Assembly (NCBI RefSeq): GCF_006345805.1
Contig: NC_042997.1
Coordinates: forward strand, 112,840,001-112,904,000
Direction: 5' to 3'
Origin: Octopus sinensis
Taxonomy: Eukaryota
DNA: 64,000 bases
A model generated the notes under the pieces. That model ran no database searches. It saw nothing but the letters and a program-made list of their open reading frames with translations, and had not been told where the DNA came from. Shown one piece after another: positions 14,475 to 27,396 of the stretch (the first letter of the stretch is position 1; the number at the start of each line of letters is the position of its first letter). The translations under genes and the position numbers were made by a program.

Positions 14475-14853
14475 GGAGTGGCTGTGTGGTAAATAGCTTG
14501 CTTACCAACCACATGGTTCCGGGTTCAGTCCCACTGCGTGGCACCTTGAGCAAGTGTCTTCTACTATAGCCTTGGGCCGAACAAAGTCTTGTGAGTAGAT
14601 TTAGTAGACAGAAACTGAAAGAAGCCTGTCGTATATATGTATGTATATATATGTGTGTGTGTGTTTGTCCCGCCAGCATCACTTGACAACCGATGCTGGT
14701 GTGTTTACGTCCTCATAACTTAGTAGTTCGGCAAAAGAGACCGACAGAATAAGTACTAGGCTTACAAAGAGTAAGTCCTGGGGTCAATTTGCTCGACTAA
14801 AGGCGGTGCTCAAGCATGGCCACAGTCAAATGACTGAAAAGAGTAAAAAAGTA
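14475..14853 (+). mobile_element. tRNA-derived SINE family 1 (~380-420 bp, central TA/TG microsatellite), representative full copy
   Basis: Head GGAGTGGCTGTGTGGTAA...GGTTCAGTCCC, then a CORE-like gcaccttgagcaagtg segment and an AAAAGAGT-type tail. Other copies at approximately 1755-2095(-), 5440-5830(+), 6125-6450(+), 7995-8400(+), 12840-13225(-), 13650-14035(-), 24660-25035(+), 31055-31440(-), 46250-46560(-), 50521-50940(+) and 59300-59705(-). Confidence 0.85.
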
Positions 14854-16068
14854 TAACAAGCCTTTTCTACACATCTAACAAACTCAAATATTTAAAGTGC
14901 AATGAATAAGTAATGAAATAAGTCTTAATAAGGGGTTGAATTCAGTTAACCCCAAGAAAACCACAGCAACCATTCCTCAACTAGCATTATGGAAGGCACA
15001 AACTAATTTTTCAAGGTTTTTTATTTTCTTTTTATGAGAAAGAGCATCTTCCATGCTGCAAAATACAATGGTTACATTCCTGTATGTTTTGAGTACTAGC
15101 CTTACAAGGCTTAATCTTGATTCACATTTTTCTGTTGAGTAAGTACCAGTGATATATTACGGTTGAGCCAATCGCATATATACTTCTGTACAAATGTGCC
15201 ACTTTATGCCTGTGTAAGAAACCAGCAATATCTTACAAATTCGTGGAATTTCTTCTCAGACCCAGACTGGGCTGTGTGGTAAGAAGCTTGCTTCTCAACC
15301 ACATGGTTCAGGTTTCAGTCTTACTATGTGGCACCTTGAGCAAGTATCTTCTACTAAAGTCACAGGCCAATCAAAGCTTTCTGAGCGGATTTGGTAGACG
15401 AAAACTGAAAGAAGCCCTGTCATGTATCATCATCATCATTGTTTAACGTCTGCTTTCCATGCTGGCATGGGTTGGACGGTTCAACCAGGGTCTGGGAAGC
15501 CAGGAGGCTGCACCAGGCCCAGTCTGATCGGGCAGTGTTTCTACAGCTGGATGCCCTTCTTAACACCAACCACTCCGTGAGTGTAGTGGGTGCTTTTTAC
15601 GTTCCACCGGCACTGGTATCACAACTACAATTTCCATTGATTTTTTTATCGATTTCGACTTCACTTGCCTCAACAGGTCTTCGCAAGCAGAGTTTTGTGT
15701 CCCAAGAAGGAAAGGCATGCACAAGTCGACTGGCTACATCCCAGGTAAAGGCCACGGATTATGGTCTCATTTGTCCTGCCGGGTCTTCTCATGCACAGCA
15801 TACTTCCAAAAGTCTCGGTCACTAATCATTGCCTCAGCGAGACCTAATGTATGTGTATATATAAATATATATATATATACATATGATGAAATTGTGTGTG
15901 TGTGTATAAATATATATATATATGCAGCTCTTGGTGCATCAGATATGCAATCTGTGTGGGTGTCTTTTCAGAACATTGTCTGGTTTACAAAGCCACATCA
16001 GATGCCATGATGGTGCTAAGGTGTAGGTACAAGAAGTGGTCAAACTCTGCATAAGGAGTAGACAACCA

Positions 16069-16109
<41 letters not shown>

Positions 16110-16319
16110 TTAGAAAAAAACCACCTTTTATCAATTCAATAATGAAAAATTAAATTATACCATTTAGAAAAATTACATATTATAGAAAGATTAAATATAA
16201 GATAAAACATATAACAATGATTAAGTAATGTGCAAAATAATAAATAAAACGTATATATTTGGTAGAATAACCAAATATATATGTTTGTAAGTTTGGAATA
16301 ATATTCCCTCATATTATTA

Positions 16320-16333
16320 TTATATATATATAC

Positions 16334-16365
<32 letters not shown>

Positions 16366-16372
16366 ATATACA

Positions 16373-16433
<61 letters not shown>

Positions 16434-16463
16434 CAATATATATATATATAATATACACAATAC

Positions 16464-16494
<31 letters not shown>

Positions 16495-16510
16495 ATATAT
16501 AATATACACA

Positions 16511-16558
<48 letters not shown>

Positions 16559-16600
16559 CACAATACATATATATATATATATATATATATAATATACACA

Positions 16601-16643
<43 letters not shown>

Positions 16644-16779
16644 ATACATAATATATATATATATATATATATAATATACACAATACATATATATATATAT
16701 ATAATATATATATATATATATAATATAATATACACAATACATATATATATATATATATATTATATATATAATATAATAT

Positions 16780-16821
<42 letters not shown>

Positions 16822-16825
16822 CACA

Positions 16826-16873
<48 letters not shown>

Positions 16874-16895
16874 CACAATACATATATATATATAT
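16320..16895. repeat. TA-rich satellite with recurring TAATATACACAATACA spacer
   Basis: Directly visible; explains ORFs in 16136-16919. Confidence 0.95.
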
Positions 16896-17059
16896 CATCA
16901 TCATCATCATCATCATCATTTAGCGTCCGTTTTCCATGCTAGCATGGGTTGGACGGTTCTACTGGGGTCTGTGAAGCCAGAAGGCTTCATCAGGCCCAGT
17001 CAAATCTGGCAGTGTTTCTACGGCTGGATGCCCTTCCTAACGCCAATATAATATACACA

Positions 17060-17114
<55 letters not shown>

Positions 17115-18545
17115 TATATAGGTATGAGTGTATATATATATATATTATATATATATATATGTGTGTGTATATATATATATATATATATACATATGATGAA
17201 ATTGTGTGTGTGTGTATAAATATATATAATATACAATATATATGTACACACATGTATATATATATATATATAGATATTATAACAGTGAGAGTTACCACTT
17301 TTATAAGGGTGATTTATCTAACTTATATATGGGATGAGATTATCTTATTTGTATGGTTTCAACTTGAAATAGATAATAAGTATATTTTATTTCTTGAGTA
17401 GGAATATATGGTGATAAGCTCGTCACTTATAACTTAATTATAAGTATTATCACTATACATAAATCTTAAGTCATGCTGCATAAACGCTGTGATGAATTAT
17501 ATACACCAAGATGCTGAAACGAACATGTTGAAACGGAAATGTATGTTGAAGATAATAAGATCATGTTCTTTTTCACCACTACAATAACAGTTTCATGGTT
17601 GCAGAAATAAATTTCATTAACAGGTTGAAGAAAATGAAGAAAGAGAAATTATTTACTAAATTAGTTTATTTCCTTTCATTTAATATCTACAGTACATTTA
17701 AAAGTCAAAGAAAATTATCACAGAGGGTTACAACATAAAATTTATGTTAGCTAATCTGTTGGAATTAGATATAGACATGGCATAAAAATAAACAAGTGAA
17801 CGAACCAGTGGACTTCTTTGCTGCCTCACCTATAACCAGCGAGGCAGTTACAATGGACATTAGTGAAGAAGATATACTATTAGCCATATATATACATACA
17901 CACACATATATACACACACACACACATATACATATGTATGTATGTATGTATATAAAAATGAAATACTGTAATCGATTCATTTGGCTAAAACTCCACATGG
18001 CAGTGCCCCAGCCTGGCTACAGCCAAATGATTGAAACCAGTAGAGGAAAAATATATATGTATATTAGAGTACTTACTCTGGTGCAACAATTCTAGCCTCA
18101 GCCGGTAGGGACTGATCAACAAGGACATGTTCAATTAGCTGATAAGTTTGGGGATCTATACAATAAAACAAGACATTAAATAATTAGTGAGGAATAACAA
18201 GAGGTGTTTGAATAATTACATGGAAATAAATGTCATGAATAATTAAGATAGCACATACAGGGAGTTAAAATAGTGTACTAATTACCATGGAACCATTTAA
18301 TGAGAATGAAAAATGTAGATGGAAACATTTATTTTGCCCTAGAACAGTTGTTCTATACCAGTAATATAATTGTTTTAAGTTGGTAATACAATAGTTTTAC
18401 ATGACTAATACAACTGTTCTCTCTCAATAATGCACTTTTTGTGTGAGAAATACAATTGTTCTATGCCTTTATTATAATTATTCAATGTCAGTAATACAAT
18501 TTTTCTATGTGAGAAATACAATTGTGCTACATCAATACTATTATG

Positions 18546-19222
18546 TTACAATATTTTGGTAAATTAAGGCGGCAAGCTGGTAAAAATGTTAGCACAATGG
18601 GCGAAATGCTTAGCAGTATTTCATCTGTCTTTACTGAGTTCAAATTCTGCTGAGGTCGACTTTGCATTTCATCCTTTCACGATGAATAAATTAAGTACCA
18701 GTTGCATACTGGGGTCGATCTAATCGACTGGCCCCACCTCCCAAAAAATTTTGGCCCTTGTACCTAGAGTAGAAAAGAATATTTTAGTAACTTATTCACT
18801 TTATTTGTCAAGTTATAAGAAAAGCAGCCTAGCATTGCAACTAGAGGCCATCATGTTGCACCATCTGAAGCACCCCTTTTTTTTTGCCAATTCTTTGATC
18901 CCCTGCTGATACCAGTTCTTGTCCTTTGAGATGAAGAACCCTTTCATTGAAACTTCCACTTCGTCTTAGTTGATGAAGTATCGTGAGTAAAGGAAGCAGA
19001 AGCTTCAGTGAAAGAGTTCTTTAGCTCAAAGGACAAGAACTTGTCTCAGCATGGCATGAAAGAATTAGCAGAAAGGTGGCCCCAGACGGAGCAACACAAT
19101 GGTCCCTACTTTGAATTCTTGACTGCTTTTCTTGTAACTTGATAAATGAAACAAATAAGTTATCAAAATATTGTAAAACTTTCAACTCGACACACGACAA
19201 ATATTTCCTGTCACTAATATAA
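18546..19222. mobile_element. Inverted pair of mariner 3' ends (left arm interrupted by a SINE)
   Basis: Plus arm translates EAEASVKEFFSSKDKNLSQHGMKELAERWPQTEQHNGPYFE and minus arm EVEVSMKGFFISKDKNWYQQGIKELA...LQMVQHDG. Both match mariner transposase C-termini and continue into matching 3' UTR. Confidence 0.75.
18563..18777 (+). mobile_element. tRNA-derived SINE family 2 (conserved gtcgactttgcctttcatcctttc...taagtaccag domain), representative copy with TSD
   Basis: 13-bp TSD aatattttggtaa (18550-18562) / aatattttagtaa (18778-18790). Other copies at approximately 2810-3370 (interrupted), 9590-9750(-), 11585-11715(-), 19280-19690 (two, -), 20690-20930(-) and 44455-44650(-). Assignment of the domain to a superfamily (Meta/Deu/Nin) needs alignment. 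Confidence 0.8.
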
Positions 19223-22200
19223 TTATTCTTCTCTTTCCAGCACCATCTTTATTACTCTCAGCCACCATTATATAATCCTTTCTACTAGAAGCACAAGGCT
19301 TCTGATTTGGGGGAAGGGGACTAGTTAATTACATCAACCCCAGTGTTTCACTGGGACTTAATTTATTGACCCCAAAAGGATGAAAGGCAAAGTTGACTGC
19401 AATGGATTTTGAACTCAGAACATAGCGATGGGCCAATACCACTAAGCATTTCGTCCAGAATGCTGACAATTCTGCCAGCTTGCTGCCTTTCTTTTTTACT
19501 CTAGGCACAAGGCCCAAAAGTTTTGGGGGAAGGGGCCAGTCAATTCGATCGACCTTAGTATGCAACTGCTACTTAATTCATCGACCCCAAAAGGTTGAAA
19601 GACAAAATTGACCTCGGCGGAATTTCAACTCAGAATGTAAACACAGACAAAATACCACTAAGCATTTTCACCTGATGTGCTAACGTTTTTGCCAGCTTGC
19701 CACCTTTCAGCCACCATTATTTAATGCAAGGTAGTCATGTATCTATTCTACAACACACCTGACCCCATTCTTTCTATCATACTTTACTCTCTCAACATTT
19801 AGTATATAAATCCAAATCCTTCTCTCTTCTACTTCTAACTCAATCAAGTGGGATAGTCAAGCAACCATGGTGACTTCGTTAATGTTGGTATCATGCCAGT
19901 GGAATGTTAAAAGCACATCTGAGCGTGATCGTTGCCAGGACCACAGATTGGCTCCTTGCTGGTGACACATAAAAAGCATCATTTGAATGTGAGTGTTACC
20001 AGCGTCGCTTTACTGGCACATGTGCTGGTGGCACATCAAAAACAACATTTGAGCGTGGTCGTTGCCAGTGCCACCAGACAGGCTCCCATGCAAGTAGCAC
20101 TGCCTGACTGGCCCTCGTGCCAGTGGCATGTTAAAGCACCCACTACACTCTCAGAGAGGTTGGTGTTAGGAAGGGCATCCAGCTGTAGAAAGTTTGCCAG
20201 ATCAGATTGAGCCTGGTGCAGCCTCTGGCTCACCAGTCCTCAGTCAAACTATCCAACCCATGCTAGCATGGAAAAGACATAAAACGATGACGATGATGAT
20301 TTAAAAAGAAAGAACTCAATACACTCTATAAAGTGGTTGGTGTTAGGAAGGGCATCCAGTCATTGAAACCATGCCGAAACTGAGACACTGGAGCCAGACA
20401 TGGTCACCTGACCTGTTGGATCCCATCTAAGTGGTCTTTGTTTTGCAAGTTACTTGGTGACCCTGCTGATGTTGGTGTCATGTAAAAAGCAGCAGGGCTG
20501 GTGCCACATACAGAGCATCCAGTTCACTGTGTAAAGTGGCTGGCATCAGGAAGGGCATTCAGCCATAGAAACCATGCCAAAGCAGACAATGGAGCGCAGT
20601 GCAGCTCTCTAGCTTTGCCAGCTCCTGTCAAACCATGCCAACCGGGACATTAAATGATGATGATGATGTGTCAGTGAAACAATTGCTATCTAGGAGCAAT
20701 ACCTATTTCTTTACTACCCACAAGGGGCTAAACACAGTGAGGACAAACAAAAGGATCAAGTCGATTATATTGACCCCAATGCGTAACTGGTACTTAATTT
20801 ATCGACCCCGAAAGAATGAAAGGCAATGTTGACCTCGGCGGAATTTGAACTCAGAATGTAACGGCAGACGAAATACCACTAAGCATTTTGCCCGGCGTGC
20901 TAATGTTTCTGCCAGCTCACTGCCTTCTAGGAGCAATACAATTATTGTCTATTATCCCCATCATCATTGTTTCAACTTCAACTTTTCCGTGCTTCCATGG
21001 GTCAGATGGAATTTGTCGAGACAGATTTTCTACAGCCAGACGCACTGCTCTGTTGTTAATTCTTACCTGTCTCCAAGCAAGGTAATATCTTCCTATGACA
21101 AGACATGTTTTCAAGGAAGATTTGGAATGAAGGAGACTACTCGTATGATGGTGACACTTGTTTACAATTATCATGTCAAGTCGAGGCAAGGAGACAGTAA
21201 CACGCACACACACATGATGGGCTTCTTTCAGTTTCCATCTACCAAATCCACTGGCAAGGATTTGGTTGGCCCAGGACTGTGGTTGTACCACACAGTGAGA
21301 CTTGAATATAAAGAAAAACTGAAAAACGAAAATGTAACAACAATACAAACAAGGTCATGAACAAAATAATTAGTGTGGCATCCAAGGTAAACTTAAGTCA
21401 AAAATATTTTGAGAGAAAATGGGATAACGAAAAAGAAGAAACAGGTTAACAAAAGGAGAAAAAAATAAATGATGGAAATGTAGAGTTGTTTTACAAACAT
21501 TACTTTTTTATACAATAACTTTACACGCTATGGACGTTTATTCAGATATTATGAAGTAATATTTCATTGGCTCCTAGATAAAAGATTTATCTGTTCACTT
21601 TTGTTACTGTAGGCTTAGTGTAAGCTGAACAAGCTACTTATGTACTAGCGAAATGCTGTCCTAACCTACTATACACCTGATGCAATCTCTTCTGCTTCAA
21701 CTACCTGCACAACGATAAAAAGGTAAGCTAGTGAGGAGAAACTATGAAGCCATTTAACCTGCGAGGGAAAAAATAAATTAAGGAAAACAGCCAAGACTCC
21801 CTGAAATCACAGCCAATCAACATTAAAAAAAAGAAAAAGAAGGAAACAATACCTTAGGATACAGAGAGAAATGCTGAGAAATTATTTCGGTTTCATTCAG
21901 GTGAATGTAGTGGAAGGGGTGGGTGGGGTGGAAAGAGACACAAGTGTATAGCAGAGTGTAGAAATAATGACTGCAAACTTTGGCAAATTCACATGAAGAC
22001 ACTTTTCCAGAACAAAGATTTACACACACACACACACACAACAACAACATCTTCTTTCAGTTTCCATCCACCAAGTCCTCTCACAAGGTTTTGGTTGGCT
22101 TCAGGCTATAGTAGAAAAAAAAACACTTGCCTAAGGTGGGACTGAACCCAGAGCCATGTGGTGGGGAAACAAACTTCCTACCATAAATACACACATATGT

Positions 22201-22447
22201 GTGCATACAACAGGCCACTTTCCATTTTTGACTGCTGTCCACTTGTAAAGAGGGTAGGCTGGGTGAAATGAAGCATGGCTCACAGGCTGTCGCTTACTGA
22301 ATTCTGAATTATATTCTTCATGTACTTCACAATACCACACCAAGAAGCTCCGCAACAACCCATCCATTAGCTTTGGTAGGTCCTCAGTTTCATGTTTGTT
22401 TTTCAACAATAACATTAATGCAGTTGAGTGAGCTCCATCCTCTAATC

Positions 22448-23084
22448 CAAGGCTTCTTAACGATTTTTCCTTATGGACCTCTTAAATTCCTATTTTACTC
22501 AACTGGACCCCCACAGCCATTTAATGTTTAAAAAATCCTTTAACATTTTCATAATTAAATATCATTAGGAACTGTATAGATACTTGTTAAAATATTTGGT
22601 GTATTGTACAATTATAACTAACTAGCAGTATCGCCCGGCATTGCTCGGGTTTGTTTCGACCCTTTAGAATTAGAATTTTTGAAAAGTAAAGATTTTGCAT
22701 TATGTAGCTTGTTATTCTCTTTAAGTGAACATTTTTCTGGTTGAAATACACTGAAAAATGGCGACACAGCAGTCAAAAAATAGGGATTTTCATAGAAAAA
22801 AAGCACCTTTTTGATGTAAATAATTTTTGGTGTTAACATGGTTCGATTTGAATTTTTTCTTCTACAGAAGGAAGAGCAAGCCTTCTATCATACTCTCAAT
22901 TTTGGTCAACTTGCGCCGCAAGGTCTCGGAGGAGATAGTGTTAGTTGAAGGCTACCAAACCTGCCATACACAGACAACTTCAGCTTTATATATATATAGA
23001 GAGAGATTTATTGCCCATCAGTTATAATAACAAAATCATAAATTGTCCCCCAAGAGTCATGTGGACTCCAGCTGAGGAACACTG
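22448..23084. mobile_element. hAT (Charlie-like) MITE containing a nested Helentron-type element
   Basis: Ends caaggcttcttaac and gctgaggaacactg resemble the TIR cagtggttctcaac, with TSD-like ctctaatc / ctctatca. The subterminal sequence matches the MITE at 49477-49678. Confidence 0.6.
22619..23007 (+). mobile_element. Non-autonomous Helitron/Helentron-like element (HINE/DINE-1 style)
   Basis: Starts taactagcagtatcgcccggcattgctcggg (5' hairpin) and ends cagacaacttcagctttatatatatatagagagagat, an architecture typical of HINE/Lep1-type elements. Confidence 0.55.
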
Positions 23085-23130
23085 CTCTATCAGGATGTAG
23101 AAGTCTCCAAAATAAAACATCTTATGCAGC

Positions 23131-23310
23131 CTGCTAAGGATGCCGTGGCATGGCCATACTCAAGCAGGTTACCTGAACATAATGTATGTAGATCAACTTA
23201 TCAGAGACACCAGATGCCTCCCCAAAGACCTCCCTCAACTAAATGCAGGACTGGGATGGATGGCATACACAGGTTAAAAATGTCTGAGCAAACTTGACCT
23301 GATGATGATG
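23131..23310 (+). mobile_element. RTE-clade LINE 3' end fragment
   Basis: Translates LLRMPWHGHTQAG...YVDQLIRDTRCLPKDLPQL / MQDWDGWHTQVKNV, followed by a (TGA)n tail, resembling RTE ORF C-termini. Confidence 0.7.
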
Positions 23311-24513
23311 CAGCCTGGTGTTTGGCATGACAACAGTGGTCAGTAAAAGACTACCAAGCATTATACAACAATAACAAATGGTTGGAATGTATCTATAAAT
23401 CTCCTTAGTTTTGTGCTAATGCCATGAGAAGCCTGGTGTATCTACTGCCATCAAAGCAATCTTGAATCTTGTTTATTATAGTCGCCTTCGCAAGTAGAGT
23501 TTTGTGTCTTGGGACACAAAACTCTGCTTGTGAAGACCTGTTGAGGCAAGTGAAATCGAAATCGATAAAAAATCAATAGAAATTGTAGTTGTGATACCAG
23601 TGCTGGTGGCACGTAAAAGAACCATCCGAATGTGGCCGTTGCCAGCGCCGCCTCGACTGGCTTCTGTTCCGGTGGCACGTAAAGAGCACCAACCGATCGT
23701 GGCCATTGCCAGCCTCGCCTGGCACGTTAAAAGCACCCACTACACTCACAGAGTGGTTGGTGTTAGGAAGGGCATCCAGCTGTAGAAACACTGCCAGATC
23801 AGACTGGAGCCTGGTGCAGCCTCCTGGCTTCCCAGACCCCAGTCAAACCGTCCAACCCATGCTAGCATGGAAAACAGACGTTAAACGACGACGATGATGA
23901 TGATGATGATGATGAGGCTTTGTCTCCACAGAAAAGATTTCTCTGTGCACATGCCCTGGAGAAGGTGAGTCTTCTAAACTGAAATACTTGACTGCTAGAG
24001 GTCTAGTTTTCAGTCACCAATGAGAACTTCCATTGAACATCTCTTTACCAGCTTTAGCAATAAGCAGAGCAATCAGGTTGTGAAGTTGTTTACAACAACA
24101 CACACTAATAAACATAACCGAGAGAGAGAGAGAGGGGGAGAGAAAGAGCTGCACAGAAGTAGCCTTTCCTTTTGATAATAAACAAAGATAAACAACAAAC
24201 ATTTTGTACTAATTTCCTGTTAAGTTGCTTAAAAGATTTTGTGGTTTTAAGTAAATGTAGGTTGTAGAAATATTTATTTTTTTGAAAAGTACTTAAAACA
24301 CAAAAGCTTACACCACCCACAGACAACATGACTGGTAACAGATGTGAGTTGGAGCAGATAATGATCAGCTTTAATAAGTCATACACTGAAATACTTACAT
24401 AAACGTAAACATTGACTAAAACCAATTTAAAATACTCATTTTATTAACCTTCCCTCCCCTTGAAAGCCATCAATTAATACTCACACAAACTTTAATAATC
24501 ACAGATGTGAGTT

Positions 24514-24558
<45 letters not shown>

Positions 24559-25060
24559 TGTGTGTGTGTGTGTGTATGTATATCTATCTTTGCCTTGGAA
24601 AAGTGTCTTCATGTGAGTGGACAGCAGGCAAAAATGGAAAGTGGCCTGTTGTATACACACATAGATGTAAGTGTATGTATGGTAGGAAGTTTGCTTCCCA
24701 ACCACATGGCTCTGGGTTCAGTCCCACCTTAGGCAAGTGTTTTCTACTATAGCCTGAAGCCAACCAAAACCTTGTGAGAGGACTTGGTGGATGGAAACTA
24801 AAAGGTGTCGTATGTGTGTGCATGTATGTGTGCTTTTGTCCCCCACAACTGCCTGGCAATTGGTGTTGGTTTATTTACATCCCTGTTACTTAGCGGTTTG
24901 GCAAAAGAGACAGATAGAATAAGTGCTAGGCTTAAAAAACAAAAGAAATATGGGTGACTCATTTGGTAAAAAATTCTTCGAGGTGGTATCCCAACATGGC
25001 CACAGTCTAATAAGTGAAACAAGTAAAAGATAAAAGCTATCTATAGACCTTAGCCAATAC

Positions 25061-25189
25061 TGAATATATAAACAGATGTATCCAGCATGTCCTTATATAC
25101 AACATCTTCATGCACAGGAAAGGAAGGATCCGCCAAACTAGTTTCAATCCCTTGTTGGGATTTCATCAGCTTCTGAGTACCCTCTTTAA
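25061..25189 (-). CDS. Candidate 129-nt phase 1-1 exon (KEGTQKLMKSQQGIETSLADPSFPVHEDVVYKDMLDTSVYIF)
   Basis: Acceptor ttttctgttagcag| and an open frame compatible with the phase-1 donor at 33938. The donor (A|GTATTG) is weak and no homology was recognised. Confidence 0.3.
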
Positions 25190-27353
25190 CTGCTAACAGA
25201 AAATCTGCTAATAAACTGGTTGTTACTAAGGGCTTAATTATACATTGCAAATTAGGTAATGAGTACAAAAAGAAAACAACATGGAAGGGACAAGGTTTTA
25301 ACAGATGAATCAAATCGAAATCGATCAAAAATCAATGGAAATTGTAGTTGTGATACGAGTGCCGGTGGCACGTAAAAGAACCATCCGAACATGGCCGTTG
25401 CCAGCGCCGCCTTGACTGGCCTCCATGCTGGTGGCACGTAAAATGCACCAACTGGTCGTGGCCATTGCCAGCCTCACCTGGTACCTGTGCCGGTGGCATG
25501 TAAAAAGCACCCACTACACTCACGGAGTGGTTGGTGTTAGGAAGGGCATCCAGCTGTAGAAACACTGCCAGATCAAACTGGGCCTTGTGCAGCCTCCTGG
25601 CTTCCCAGACCCCGGTCGAGCTGTCCAACCCATGCCAGCATGGGAAACAGACGTTAAACGATGATGATGATGATGATTGGTTTTAATGCTTAAAAAGAAA
25701 AGAAAGAGTCTTGATGTTTTGAAAAGGTAAGATAGATTTGAATAAGAAAAGCTGGTAGGAAAAAAAATGGTTTTCTATAGGATGAAAATAGTGATCCCAC
25801 AAGATTACTGAACTTAGTTGAGAAATAGTGGTTCCTTGTTTGAATCCAGTACAGAACCAGCTATATATTCAGGAATAAGGTATCAGATGATGAGTTCAAA
25901 TCATCATCATCATCATTTAATATCTGTTTTCCATGCTGTGTCATGGGTTGGACAGTTTGATAAGAGCTGGTAGGGCTGGGAGATGTACTAGGGTCCATTG
26001 TCTGTTTTGGCATGGCTTCTATGGCTGGATGCCCTTTATAATGCCAACCACTTTAGAGAGTGTACTGGGTGCTTTTTATGCAGCACCAGCCCTGATGCTT
26101 TTTTTATGCAGCACCAGCACCAGTGGGGTTGCCAGATAGTTTGCAAGAAAAGACCTCTCGTCTGAGAGAGGGAGTAGAACTAAGAGAAGTGACCATGTGC
26201 CAGGTGAGAGGTTAGAGTATGAGATAAAGGGACAGAGATGATAGTCTTACTACAGACAAGATACTTGGCTACCCTAGCAGGACAAGGAAAAAGAGGAAGA
26301 TGGGAGAGAGAGAGAAAAACAAAGAGAATGAGAGAGAAGGCCTAACCACAGGGAACAGTGAAGAGGGGGTATAAGTAGTAGACGGGATAGAGGTGGGTGT
26401 TCCATAAGAATGTAAAAGAGATCTAATTTGGCATGGTTTTTATGGCTGGATGCTCTGTAAATATATAAATATAAATATTGTAAAATATTCACACTACAAT
26501 GTGAAATCAATAGTGTGGAGAAGTATAATTTTAAGAGGAAATTCACACCTGCATTGATGTAAACTATTAAACGTACATCTCTATATATTTCTTGTCAAGC
26601 AAAATATTTCTATTGGATGTATTTTATATCCTATATCTTCAAGAATGATTATTTTTGCTAATATAGTAAAGAATTTTTAATGACTAGATGCTTTTCCTGT
26701 TGCCAATCTTCACCTGTTTCCAAGCAAGATGACATGTCCCATACTCCTTTAAATATGAACAGTACAATGATCAGGCATGTTTTCATGGAAGATTGCAAAA
26801 AAAAAAGAAAAAACCCTATGTTTTTATAATGGTGACATTTTTTTACACTTAGCACATGATGTAAAGACAAAGAGACACAAACATACACACCTTTATTACA
26901 CACAAACACAATGGGCTTCTTTCAGATTCCATATTCTAAATTCACTCATGTGTCTTTGGTTAGCTCAGGGTATAAAGTCGATGACACTTGACCCCAGTAC
27001 GACACAGTGGCACTGAACCTGAGACCAGGTTCAATCTCACTATGGTTAAGAAGTAAACTTTTAAACAACACAACCAAAATACTATCAACATCATCATCAT
27101 CATCTTCATTGTTTTTTTGACATCCACTTGGCCTGGGTCAGACAGAATTTTGTTGAGTCAAATTTTCTACAGCTGGATGTCCTTCCTGTTGCCAAGCGAA
27201 GTAATATTTCCCTATGAGCAGACATGTTTTTCACAAAAGACAGGAAATGAACAACATCACTTGTCTGATGACGATGCTCATTTGCAACCAGTATCTATAG
27301 ATATGTACATTATTTACATTTGACGGATATTTGTCCTCATCTTGTTTGTTGTT

Positions 27354-27396
27354 AACACGTTTCGGCTGATATACCCTTCAGCCTTCATCAGGTCTC
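27354..27396 (-). ncRNA. Minimal type I hammerhead ribozyme motif (core and stem II intact, cleavage-site region deleted)
   Basis: Minus strand reads GAGAC-CTGATGA-A-GGCTG-aagggtatat-CAGCC-GAAAC-GTGTT, with a perfect 5-bp stem II and an intact core. It has a 3-nt deletion relative to the consensus GTT-GTGTT, so this copy is probably inactive. Confidence 0.6.

Noticed and set aside
17765-17885. Short frames on both strands (MNEPVDFF... on +; ISSSLMSIVTASLVI with donor G|GTGAGG on -)
   Set aside because: Both strands are equally plausible, the acceptor is weak and no homology was recognised.
22131-22470. Protein-like minus-strand frame (...SLGLEDGAHSTALMLLLKNKHETEDLPKLMDGLLRSFLVWYCEVHEEYNSEF) with donor A|GTAAGC
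   Set aside because: The upstream part is the end of the hAT MITE, no pyrimidine-rich acceptor was found, and the downstream part is duplicated SINE flank. It is not excluded but is unsupported.
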